Below, in pieces: positions 50,579 through 59,715 of a stretch of DNA of 64,000 bases (positions within the stretch are counted from its first letter, which is position 1; every line of letters starts with the position of its first letter). The stretch comes from Acidobacteriota bacterium (GTDB lineage Bacteria; Acidobacteriota; UBA6911; RPQK01; CBDAPI01): contig CBDCBX010000018.1 of the NCBI GenBank assembly GCA_965214465.1, positions 157,881-221,880 of the forward strand, read 5' to 3'. The translations under genes and the position numbers were made by a program. The notes under the pieces are model-generated. The model was not told the DNA's origin and did not search any database. It saw nothing but the letters and a program-made list of their open reading frames with translations.

Positions 50579-51184
50579 CTATCCCCCCATTTGCCACGTC
50601 TTGATGGCATCGATGGGGTGGAGCAGCATGACGATGTTCAGGGTCAGGCTGTCACGAATGGCCAGCAATAGCACGGCTTCAACCCCCAAGAAAGCCGCCG
50701 CTGAGATCCACGCCGACAGCCACAGGGCCGCGCTGTAGCCCAGGGCAAAAGCGCCGATGTCGGCGATCGAGTTCAAGACGCTGTCGCCAAAATAGTTCAG
50801 GGCAATCGTCGACTCCCGATAGGACTCAATCACGAAGTTCGTGTTCTCAAAGAGCTCCCAGATTGCCTCGAAGAGAATCGCTACCACCAGGCGGGCCGCC
50901 GGCCAGCGGGATCGAAAGACCAACCACAGCAGCGCGTAGGCCAGCACCCCGTGCTGCATGTGGGTAAAACTGTAGGGGTCGAGCAGGTGCTGCGAGTTGT
51001 GAATGCTCCAGATGTCCCACGACCAGAGACTCAGGTCGCCATCCGGACACCAGAGTCCGCGGCCCATGGAGTACAGGGACAGTGCCGTCACCACAACGAC
51101 GCCCAGAGCTGCAGCCACGCCTGGGCGCGTCCAGGCGGAGGAGAGAGAGGGTTCTGTGGGCGGGTTCTTCACACCGGAACTCAT
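50579..51184 (-). CDS. DUF2585 (UPF0314) membrane protein
   Basis: MGRGLWC...HNSQHLLDPYSFTH..HG, WELFENT, YFGDSVLNS, IRDSLTLN. Confidence 0.88.
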   Translation of the reverse strand: MSSGVKNPPTEPSLSSAWTRPGVAAALGVVVVTALSLYSMGRGLWCPDGDLSLWSWDIWSIHNSQHLLDPYSFTHMQHGVLAYALLWLVFRSRWPAARLVVAILFEAIWELFENTNFVIESYRESTIALNYFGDSVLNSIADIGAFALGYSAALWLSAWISAAAFLGVEAVLLLAIRDSLTLNIVMLLHPIDAIKTWQMGG

Positions 51185-52524
51185 ACCTCCAGTTTCCAGG
51201 GAGCCCGATAGGTCTTCGTCACCAGGGCGTTGGCCTCGGCATCGTCGATCACTTGCTCCCGCTTCGCATCCCAGCGGATCTGGCGCCCCACCTTCCAGGC
51301 GATGTTCATCAGGTGTCCCGGATTGGACGAGTAGTGCCCGTTTTCGATGTCAGCAAAAGGCCTCTTGCGCTCGCGAACAGCCCGAATGAACCCGGCAGCA
51401 TGTTCCGGCGTCCCGACTCCTTCGCCTTTGACCTTCTTGATCACCTTGGGTGATTTCAGGGTCCCCGGAAACTCCTCGGTGAGAGTGTAGCCGCTGCGGT
51501 CGATGGCCAGCGATGCATTGGCTCCGCAGAACATTTTTCCATGGGCTGCCGCCATAGTGGGGGCCTGTGCACAGCCCCCCCGAAACGTGTACTGAAGGAT
51601 GAAACCCTTTCGGGCCATTGGGCCGGGTTCATACTCGCAAATGGCTGAGAGAGTATCGGGCCATTCCGTATTGGTTTCTTCAAAACTGCGGAAGCCACCG
51701 ATCGCTGTCACCGTGGAAGGAGCGATAACCTGCATGAACCAGTGGACGATGTCGTAGTGGTGCACGCCCCAGTCCAGCGGCCAGCCTCCGCCGTAATCGA
51801 AAAACCAGTAATGGCGCAGAAAGCGGTTGGGGTTGTAGGCGACCTGGGGGGACGGTCCCACCCAGAAATCCCAGTACTTTTCACCAAATTCGGAAGGTGG
51901 ATCGACATCCGGCGGGGCCCCAAAACCCGGGTAGAAGTTGTTGTAGTCCCAGGCTTTCACCTCGGAAATCTCACCCAACTCCCCCGACTGAACGATTTCA
52001 GCCGCCTCGCGGTAGTGTTTCCAGCTACGTTGCTGGCTTCCAAACTGCACGATCCGGTCGTATTTCCGGGCTGCCACGACCGCAGCACGGCCTTCTGCGA
52101 TGGAGGTCCCGACGGGCTTCTCCAGATAGACATCCTTCCCCGCCTGGCAGGCGTGTACCGTGGGGAGAACATGCCAGTGGTCATTGGTCGCCACGATCAC
52201 GGCATCGACATCCGGATTCTCCAGCAACTTCCGGTAATCACGGTAGGTCGCCACCCCGGGGTTCCCCGTGGCTTCGACCCCCAGAGCCAGCCGCTCTTCA
52301 TTCAGGTCGCAAACTGCGGCGACTCGGACTCCCTCGACCTTCTGGTGGAGGGCCATGACCCGGCGTCCGCGGCCCCCGCATCCGATCAAGCCGATCTGGA
52401 TCGTGTCGTTGGGACCCGGTCTTCGAGCGGACGCACCTTTCACACTCTTGCGTCCGGCCCAGACGGCAGCAGCGGTTGTCCCTAGAAATTCTCGCCGGTT
52501 CTTCCTCTTCAAACGGACCTCCAT
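51181..52524 (-). CDS. Tat-exported Gfo/Idh/MocA oxidoreductase
   Basis: NRREFL; GLIGCGGRG; AGKDVYLEKP; DWGVHHYD. Confidence 0.9.
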   Translation of the reverse strand: MEVRLKRKNRREFLGTTAAAVWAGRKSVKGASARRPGPNDTIQIGLIGCGGRGRRVMALHQKVEGVRVAAVCDLNEERLALGVEATGNPGVATYRDYRKLLENPDVDAVIVATNDHWHVLPTVHACQAGKDVYLEKPVGTSIAEGRAAVVAARKYDRIVQFGSQQRSWKHYREAAEIVQSGELGEISEVKAWDYNNFYPGFGAPPDVDPPSEFGEKYWDFWVGPSPQVAYNPNRFLRHYWFFDYGGGWPLDWGVHHYDIVHWFMQVIAPSTVTAIGGFRSFEETNTEWPDTLSAICEYEPGPMARKGFILQYTFRGGCAQAPTMAAAHGKMFCGANASLAIDRSGYTLTEEFPGTLKSPKVIKKVKGEGVGTPEHAAGFIRAVRERKRPFADIENGHYSSNPGHLMNIAWKVGRQIRWDAKREQVIDDAEANALVTKTYRAPWKLEV

Positions 52525-52822
52525 TCGTTGTGGCTTGTGGTCAGTATCATAAAGGATTGTCCCGGAATCCTCGTACCTGGCTAAATATCCCGGCGTATTC
52601 GGAGGCACAAAATGCCACTTCTTGGCGATCCAGACATCTTCTAGCTTGACGGCCTTCGTCATTTTGGCGCGGAGCCAAGGGGGGATGAGGGATGAAGAGA
52701 AAAATCAGCAGGATTCTCAGATGGGTGTTCAGCGGACCCGCTGACCCCATGATCGAGGATCAGATCAGAAGAAACGCAGAAGCACTTGAGATGAAGCGCC
52801 TCGCGGCTGCTTCCATTCCGGT

Positions 52823-53626
52823 TTAGCCATTCAGGCTGGTCAGACTTCCAGCTTTCGCCTGCATCAATGCCCTGCCTGTGGGCAGAATCCGCACGGATTC
52901 CATCCTGGTGAGCCTCCCCAGGAGATTCTCCAGATAGGCAGGTCGCACAGGTCCCCAACCTTCATCGTCCAGACCGTGGAGGTTGTAAACCATCCAGCCT
53001 TTCGGCTGCGCCAGCAGCTTCTCGATGGTCTCGTCGACATCCTTCTCCGCGTTGCCGGGGCCAAAACTTCCTGTAGTTATCTTCCGCGTATTCGGTCCCG
53101 GAACGGGATTGATGCTGTCTCCACGTGTGCGGAAGGCCATGACCACCGACGGCAGCCACTCCTCCAGTTCCGGAGAGGACGAGTTGTAAGGGAAATTAAA
53201 GACGGCTTTCGCCGGGTCGAACCCCCGCAGCTCCCTCGAGAACAAATCCAGGCTCTTGAGGATCAGGCCCTTCGCCTCTTCCAGCGGAAGGCGAGAGAGT
53301 AGAGCGTGCTGGTAGCCATGGATCATGATCTCATGACCGCGGTCCTGCAGCTCGTTCCAGACTCCGAAGTCCCCGAAGGAACTTTGTGGCATGTACTTGT
53401 CACGTACCAGATTACCGGGCAAGTGAGCGGATGCGACGATGTTGAAGCAGGCTGAGAGGCTGAATTTCTCGTAGATCTCCGCAGTGCGAAGGAAAGACCT
53501 CTTGAAGCCGTCATCGAAACTCAAACTGATGATGTGCAGCTTGTCGGATGCGGCGACCAGGGGGCGAACCGCACCGTTGACCGCCAGGATCGCCCCAATG
53601 GTGCCGAGGAACTCTCTCCGCTTCAT
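52823..53626 (-). CDS. Tat-exported polysaccharide deacetylase family protein
   Basis: MKRREFLG; SLSFDDG; GHEIMIHGYQH; FNFPY. Confidence 0.8.
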   Translation of the reverse strand: MKRREFLGTIGAILAVNGAVRPLVAASDKLHIISLSFDDGFKRSFLRTAEIYEKFSLSACFNIVASAHLPGNLVRDKYMPQSSFGDFGVWNELQDRGHEIMIHGYQHALLSRLPLEEAKGLILKSLDLFSRELRGFDPAKAVFNFPYNSSSPELEEWLPSVVMAFRTRGDSINPVPGPNTRKITTGSFGPGNAEKDVDETIEKLLAQPKGWMVYNLHGLDDEGWGPVRPAYLENLLGRLTRMESVRILPTGRALMQAKAGSLTSLNG

Positions 53627-54735
53627 GCCTTCAGAAAAATCTTTTGTCTGTAGAGGAAATAGAGAAAAAGCCACTTGACCGCCAGGACGCAAAGGATCAT
53701 GAAGAGGGGCTGGAAGGCTCCCAGATACATGATGAATCCGTGCACGAAGATATTGGCAATGGTACCGAAATCAAAGACACTCTGCAGAACATAAACAGTG
53801 ATCGGGTTCATGCCGATCACGACCAGAGGAAACGCCCATCGCTTGAATCCCCTGACATCGATGACCCAGTAGAAAGCCGCCAGCAACAGCAGACTCCATC
53901 CAGCAGCGTAGAGCACGTAGGAGCTGGTCCAGAGCACCTTGTTGATGGGGAAAATCAAACTCCAGAGCAGGCCGCCAAGCAGACCCGCAACGCCACCTGC
54001 CAGAAGTCCCTGTACTTTTCTCAACTGTGAGTGGGGGGTGCACAGCCAGTGACCCGCCAGAACCCCGATCAAGGTCGTGGCCAGCGCTGGAATCGTGCTC
54101 AGAATTCCCTCGTTGTCGCCGTACTCGAAGCAGCAGAACCTGCCCGGCAGCAGCGCCTGGTCGATGAAAGCAGAGAGATTGCCCTCGGGCGTCAGTACTC
54201 CCGCGCCAAAACCGGGAACCGGGATCAGCTTCATGATGGTGAAGTAGACGACCAGGATTCCGCCCACCAGGATCGCCTGGGTCTGGATTCTCGTATTCAC
54301 AACGATCAGGGCCCCGACGAAATAGCAGATGGCGATGCGTTGCAGCACGCCCACATAACGGAGATTGGAAAAGTCGAAATCGAGAACCTGGTTGTAAACG
54401 AGACCCAGAACCAACAGCGTGAGGGTCCGCTTGACAATGTGCCCGTAAAGATCGCCATGGCTGGTTCCACGCTCTAGACGCCGCGTGATTGCCAACGGCA
54501 TCGTTAGCCCGACAATGAACAAGAACAGAGGAAAAATCAGATCATAGAAAGTAAAACCATTCCATTCGGAGTGCTCGACCTGGTGTGCCATCTCCCGGAG
54601 AATGGGAACACCAAATAGCGCAGGCAGGGCCCGAAACAGCGAGTCCCCGCCGATGATCCAGAACATGTCAAATCCCCTCAGAGCATCGATCGAGACGATG
54701 CGCTCAAAAGAGGATCTAGCTGGGGTCGAAATCAT
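53623..54735 (-). CDS. HGSNAT/DUF5009-like membrane acyltransferase
   Basis: SIDALRGFDMFWI, YDLIFPLFLFIVG, GVLQRIA, PINKVLWTSSYVL. Confidence 0.88.
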   Translation of the reverse strand: MISTPARSSFERIVSIDALRGFDMFWIIGGDSLFRALPALFGVPILREMAHQVEHSEWNGFTFYDLIFPLFLFIVGLTMPLAITRRLERGTSHGDLYGHIVKRTLTLLVLGLVYNQVLDFDFSNLRYVGVLQRIAICYFVGALIVVNTRIQTQAILVGGILVVYFTIMKLIPVPGFGAGVLTPEGNLSAFIDQALLPGRFCCFEYGDNEGILSTIPALATTLIGVLAGHWLCTPHSQLRKVQGLLAGGVAGLLGGLLWSLIFPINKVLWTSSYVLYAAGWSLLLLAAFYWVIDVRGFKRWAFPLVVIGMNPITVYVLQSVFDFGTIANIFVHGFIMYLGAFQPLFMILCVLAVKWLFLYFLYRQKIFLKA

Positions 54736-55711
54736 CACTTTTCCCGCTTCCGGGTCGAGCCTGCCAGTACTGAACGCTGAAGTAGTCCTCCGCGTCCAGC
54801 CAGGTGGCGCGACAGAGGAAGCCACTCTGAGCGGCCAGGTGTCGAGCTTTCCGGATCGTGTATTTGTGGCAGTTCTCGGTGTGGATCAGCTCACCTTCCG
54901 CGAGTTCGACAGTTTCCCCTCCCACGGAAATTTTGTGAGTCTGTTTCGATCGTAGATAGAGTTCAATTCTCTGTCGGTCCGCGTTGTAGCGAACCTCATG
55001 GGCGAAACGGGCCGGCTCCAGATCCGCCCCAAGCTCGCGACGCATCCGCTCCAGCAGGTTCAGGTTGAAGGCTGCCGTCAGTCCGGCGGCGTCATCGTAG
55101 GCGGCTTTCAGAATCGCAGGATCCTTGACCAGATCCATTCCTATCAAGAGCGCCCCCTCTTCACCGACCAGCGCTCGAACTGCTTTCAGAAAACCCCTCG
55201 CCTCGGTATCGTTCATGTTTCCGATTGTGGAACCTGGGAAATAAGCAATAGTACGTCGATAAGAGGTAGGCGACTCCGGCAAAACCAGGGGCTCGGAGTA
55301 ATCTGCCACCAGGGGGAGCACCTGAACCCCAGGGTAGTCCGCGGCCAACTGAGAAGACGCGGCCAGCAAGTGACGGCGGGAGATGTCGACAGGGATATAG
55401 ACGGAGGGATCTTCTAAGGCGTCCAGGAGGATTCTGGTCTTCACGCTGCTCCCGCTGCCGAACTCGATGAGCCTGATTTCGGGACCCATCCAACCGGACA
55501 TCTCCCCGGCACTCTGATTCATGATCTCCAGCTCAGCCCGGGTCAGGTAGTACTCGGGAAGTTCACAAATCTGCTCGAACAGCCGCGAACCGGTGGCGTC
55601 GTAAAAATACTTGCAGTGAAGTCGCCTGGGAGTCGAGCGGAGTCCATCCACGACGTCTTGCAGGAATCGATCAGCACAGGCTGCGGTCTCCACTTGCTGC
55701 ATGACTTTCAC
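54716..55711 (-). CDS. egtD: L-histidine N-alpha-methyltransferase
   Basis: KYFYDATGSRLFEQICELPEYY, EFGSGSSVKT, FPGSTIGN, AYDDAAGLTAAFNLNLL. Confidence 0.95.
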   Translation of the reverse strand: MKVMQQVETAACADRFLQDVVDGLRSTPRRLHCKYFYDATGSRLFEQICELPEYYLTRAELEIMNQSAGEMSGWMGPEIRLIEFGSGSSVKTRILLDALEDPSVYIPVDISRRHLLAASSQLAADYPGVQVLPLVADYSEPLVLPESPTSYRRTIAYFPGSTIGNMNDTEARGFLKAVRALVGEEGALLIGMDLVKDPAILKAAYDDAAGLTAAFNLNLLERMRRELGADLEPARFAHEVRYNADRQRIELYLRSKQTHKISVGGETVELAEGELIHTENCHKYTIRKARHLAAQSGFLCRATWLDAEDYFSVQYWQARPGSGKSDDFDPS

Positions 55712-55732
55712 CCGGACTGCTGACTCGTTGGG

Positions 55733-57019
55733 TTAGTTGCTCCGTGCCAGGCGAATCCCTGAGAACTGCCAGCGGGCAGCGGAAGGAAAAAAGTTCCTGT
55801 AGCCGGGACGAATATGGTCAGAAGAGGTGGCGCAGGATCCCCCTCTCAAGACGTATTGGTTGCACATGAACTTGCCGTTGTACTCGCCCACTGCCCCCTC
55901 GGCCGGATTGTACCCGGGATAGGGAGCATAGGAACTCAGGGTCCACTCCCACACGTCTCCAAAGAGCTGTTGAGGGATTTCCTGATGGGCGTTCGGGGCG
56001 ACAGGATGAAATCTCTTGGAGTCTACAAAGTTGCCCCGCAGACCGGCTGCCCTGGAGGCCCTCTCCCATTCGAATTCGGTAGCCAGTCGACTCTTTGCCC
56101 ACCGCGAGTAGGCGTCGGCTTCAAAGAAGCTGACATGAGTCACCGGTTCTTCCAGATCCAGTTCCCTTCTCCCGGTCAGCGTGAAAATGTCGCATTCACA
56201 GTCCTGCCCCAGCCAATACAGCGGTGCTTCCCAGGACTCTTCCCGGCAAAGGTCCCACCCCTCGGAAAGCCACAGCTCGGGGCGCTCGTAACCTCCGTCT
56301 CCGATGAACTCCAGAAATTCTCCGCAGTTGACCAGGCGGGAGGCGAATTGGAAGGGGTGCAGGAGTACGCGGTGAGAAGGCAGCTCGTTATCAAAGCAGA
56401 ATCCAGGTTCGGCCGACCCGATTTCCACGATCTGTTCGGGAAAATCGATCCATTTCATGGGCAGAGCGTCAGAATACCGCGGTTCTGGTGAGGATTCGAC
56501 ATAGGCCGGACACAACGGGTTCAAGGAAAAGGCATGCTTGATATCGGTGAGCAGAAGTTCCTGATGTTGCTGTTCGTGGTTGAGCCCCAGTTCGACAAGA
56601 GCAACAACCTCCTCAGAATGGTCGTGATTGGCCAGCAACCTTTCCATGTTCTCATCGACACAGCTTCTGTAGTGAAGAATCTCGGCGGCGGAGGGGCGAC
56701 TAATCTTTCCCCGATCAGGACGCGCATATTGCTGGCCCACAGCATTGTAGTAGGAATTGTAGAGAAAGCTGAACTGGTCTTGAATCGGCTTCCAGCCCGG
56801 GAAGAACGGCTTCAAGAGAAACGTCTCGAAAAACCAGGTGGTGTGGGCCAGATGCCACTTGGTCGGACTGGCATCCGCCATGGACTGGAGCTGCATGTCC
56901 TCTGGGCTGAGGCGGACCGCCAACTCTTCAGAAAGGGACCGGACCCGGAGGTACTTGAGCAGCGCGTCTTCACTTTCGGTTGAAGGCGCGGCAGGTTCAG
57001 AGGTCGTCGTTTCGGTCAT
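55733..57019 (-). CDS. egtB: Ergothioneine sulfoxide synthase
   Basis: DinB-like ASPTKWHLAHTTWFFE, HEQQHQE; FGE-like GDVWEWT, EYNGKFM, YRNFF. Confidence 0.95.
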   Translation of the reverse strand: MTETTTSEPAAPSTESEDALLKYLRVRSLSEELAVRLSPEDMQLQSMADASPTKWHLAHTTWFFETFLLKPFFPGWKPIQDQFSFLYNSYYNAVGQQYARPDRGKISRPSAAEILHYRSCVDENMERLLANHDHSEEVVALVELGLNHEQQHQELLLTDIKHAFSLNPLCPAYVESSPEPRYSDALPMKWIDFPEQIVEIGSAEPGFCFDNELPSHRVLLHPFQFASRLVNCGEFLEFIGDGGYERPELWLSEGWDLCREESWEAPLYWLGQDCECDIFTLTGRRELDLEEPVTHVSFFEADAYSRWAKSRLATEFEWERASRAAGLRGNFVDSKRFHPVAPNAHQEIPQQLFGDVWEWTLSSYAPYPGYNPAEGAVGEYNGKFMCNQYVLRGGSCATSSDHIRPGYRNFFPSAARWQFSGIRLARSN

Positions 57020-57062
57020 AAGAGGTTGCCTGTCGTGGATGTGCATCCTATCAAGGTGGCAC

Positions 57063-57938
57063 CTACTCTCCCATTTTCTCTTGGCCCAGCATGGAGCGGG
57101 CTGCATTCCAGGCCGAGTCCAGATACTGCGAAACAACGCGAAGCTGGCCCTCAGAAGTGGCCTGGGCGGTGATGACCGGAGCCGTCAGGACCGCACCCAT
57201 CCATCCCTCGGTGTGCCAGTGCGCGCCGTCGGGCAGCGCCGGGAGTGGAGGACGCTCGTCGGGCAGAGAGTATGGACTCAAGTACCAGTAAGGAACGGGA
57301 TAGCTGTCATCTCCCGGCGTCATCCCCATACCTATGGAAGGTGCATTCGCAGGATCCGAATCGGTTCCCAGGGGAATCCACGGCCCAATGTCGAAGTGAT
57401 GCGGCCAGCATCGAACCGGAGCACCGTACGGGTCGGCCATTGCGGTGAGTACCAGATCGGCATTTGCGAACCATCGGGAGAGCTCCTCAAAGGCGGCGCC
57501 GTCGTTCAGGGAGAAGTTTCCGCCCTCGCCGACGGAGTGGGCGGGGATTTCATAGCCGGTCGCCACCAGCGGCCTGGCCGCCTCCCCGATGCGGGAATCG
57601 ATCGTAGCCGACAACCAGGCGGATCCCTGTTTCAGACTGGCCCCATCCAGGGCCAAGCGGCTGACTTCGTTTCCCTGCCCGTCCTTCAAGAATAAGGTGA
57701 GGTCTGCAGGGTGAAGGGCGGCCTGAAAGCTCTTTTGCGCGGTCACGACATGGCCGGCCAGGCTCTGGCTCGCCCGATCCCATCCCAGATTGGGATGACT
57801 GTCATCAGGTCGGGGGTCGAGATAGGTCTTGCCCACTGAGGCGACCAACTGAACGGCCCAGTGCAGTTGGAGCCGAGCCTCGGCTAGATGCTCGGGGCCG
57901 GTATTTCCCAGTATCTGCCACTCTTCAGACATGTCCAT
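57063..57938 (-). CDS. Hypothetical protein (DUF5996-like)
   Basis: LQLHWAVQLV, RCWPHHFD, GMTPGDDSYPVPYWYLSP, HWHTEGW. Confidence 0.6.
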   Translation of the reverse strand: MDMSEEWQILGNTGPEHLAEARLQLHWAVQLVASVGKTYLDPRPDDSHPNLGWDRASQSLAGHVVTAQKSFQAALHPADLTLFLKDGQGNEVSRLALDGASLKQGSAWLSATIDSRIGEAARPLVATGYEIPAHSVGEGGNFSLNDGAAFEELSRWFANADLVLTAMADPYGAPVRCWPHHFDIGPWIPLGTDSDPANAPSIGMGMTPGDDSYPVPYWYLSPYSLPDERPPLPALPDGAHWHTEGWMGAVLTAPVITAQATSEGQLRVVSQYLDSAWNAARSMLGQEKMGE

Positions 57939-58097
57939 GGTGTTCTTCTACCTCCCTCATGCCAGTACTCTATCGCGCCTCGAGGCCGTCGGGAAACCAG
58001 TACGGTCTTGGATCCGACCGAGAGTCGCTGCTTCTGGAGAGCAATTGACCTGTTTCCCATCGGGTCCTATTCTCTTCCAGGGCGTAGGATTACTGCT

Positions 58098-59669
58098 ATG
58101 AACTGCCGACTTTTGAGCTCGCTTCTGGTCTCCCTGCTCTCGAGTGGGCTGGGCACTGGCGGCCTGCAAGCAGAAGAGCCTGCCTGGCTCGGCGTTGCGC
58201 TGCCCTCGCCCGATATGAACAGGCCGGAAAGCATCTACCGGACGGGAGCATTTCCCCCCATGCCGGTTCAGCCTTCCCAGGGGCGCAAGGCCAGCGCGGA
58301 TATCAAGGGAGCAGAGATCTTTGGATATGTCCGCGATCTGGCCGCCATCTCAGAGCAAACGCGCAAGGCAGGAGAGCCGCTCTGGGGACGCATCCCCGGC
58401 CGTCTCGGCGACCGGCTGGCGACCCGTTACATCCAGTCCAGATTCGACAAATTCGGGCTCCACGAGGTGCGCATCGATGAAGTGCCCATGCCGCCCGTGT
58501 GGTGGCCCTCGACCTGGCAGGTGACGCTACTCGGCAATCCTGCCTACGGTGCCGCCACCCGGGATTACGTGTTCCAGACCGCGATGCCCCAGCCACCGAG
58601 TCGATCGACCCGTTCGGGCGGCGCGGATGCCGAGCTGATCTACGCCGGTTATGGCCGCGATGCCGATCTCATCGGCAAGGATCTCAAGAACAAGGTGGCG
58701 GTCATCCGCGCACGTCCCCTGCCGGGTGCGTTTTCGAGCGGGGACGGCGTTGCCCAGAAGCTGGCCGCCCGAGGTGCCGTCGGCCTGATCGCCATCATGG
58801 ATTGGGCGGTGGATCTGCAGCTCTACCTCGACCTTCTCTTGTTGGGAACCGAGCAGATGACCGTCTTCGCCGTCTCAGACGCCGAGGGGAGGTTCCTCGA
58901 GAACGTGTTGACGGCGACCGAGGGGGTCGCGCAGCCGAGAGTCAGAATTGAGTTGGAGAGTGAAATGAGCACTGACTTGCGCACCCACAATGTCGTCGGG
59001 ATGGTGCGCGGCAGTGACAACGAGTACGTCATCGTCAATGCCCATCATGACGCTTACTTCTACGGGGCCAACGACAATGCCAGCGGCGTCGGCACCCTGC
59101 TGGCGCTGGCCCGGCACCTGGCATCTCGCCAAACCCCGCCCCGGCACAATTACATCTTCGTCGCCACCGGGTCGCACCACAACGGTCATGCCGGCGCCAC
59201 GTATTTCATCGAAAACAACCAGGAAATCCTGGACCGGTGCCTGATCGTGCTGAACGCTGAGCACACCGCATCGCTCCTCGAAATCGAGTATCCCAGGCTC
59301 AAGGCCGCCTGGGGATCGGAGGGCGGCGTCCTGGTTGCGAATACGGAAACCCCGAAGTTTATGAGCCTCCTGCCTGAGAACCCCATTCTCCTGGATCTTT
59401 TTCGCGACGCCGTTCATCGATACGGGGTGACCACTCTTTCTGAAGTCTGGACGGCTGCGCCCGGCGATGCATCCACCTATCATCGGGCGGGTTATCCGGT
59501 TGTCCAATTGATCGAAGTGGGGAAGTGGTACCACACAACCGCCGACATCCCGGCCGCTGTCTCGGTGCCGGGTCTGGAGCGAACCGCACGGGCTTTCGCC
59601 GATTTCCTGGCCGAACTCGACAAGCGATCCCGAGAGGAGATCTGGGGGCCATCCGAAACCCATCGCTGA
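58098..59669 (+). CDS. Exported M28 peptidase with PA domain
   Basis: Signal peptide; NAHHD, GANDNASG, YHTTAD; usual EE replaced by HH. Confidence 0.82.
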   Translation: MNCRLLSSLLVSLLSSGLGTGGLQAEEPAWLGVALPSPDMNRPESIYRTGAFPPMPVQPSQGRKASADIKGAEIFGYVRDLAAISEQTRKAGEPLWGRIPGRLGDRLATRYIQSRFDKFGLHEVRIDEVPMPPVWWPSTWQVTLLGNPAYGAATRDYVFQTAMPQPPSRSTRSGGADAELIYAGYGRDADLIGKDLKNKVAVIRARPLPGAFSSGDGVAQKLAARGAVGLIAIMDWAVDLQLYLDLLLLGTEQMTVFAVSDAEGRFLENVLTATEGVAQPRVRIELESEMSTDLRTHNVVGMVRGSDNEYVIVNAHHDAYFYGANDNASGVGTLLALARHLASRQTPPRHNYIFVATGSHHNGHAGATYFIENNQEILDRCLIVLNAEHTASLLEIEYPRLKAAWGSEGGVLVANTETPKFMSLLPENPILLDLFRDAVHRYGVTTLSEVWTAAPGDASTYHRAGYPVVQLIEVGKWYHTTADIPAAVSVPGLERTARAFADFLAELDKRSREEIWGPSETHR

Positions 59670-59715
59670 CCGACCGTCCGGCGGCGAACGCCGCACCAAA
59701 GCCGGGTTGTCCGCG

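Noticed and set aside
55733-57019. Selenoneine synthase SenA or formylglycine-generating enzyme
   Set aside because: Adjacent to egtD with EgtB-type motifs; no senB/selD genes in the window.
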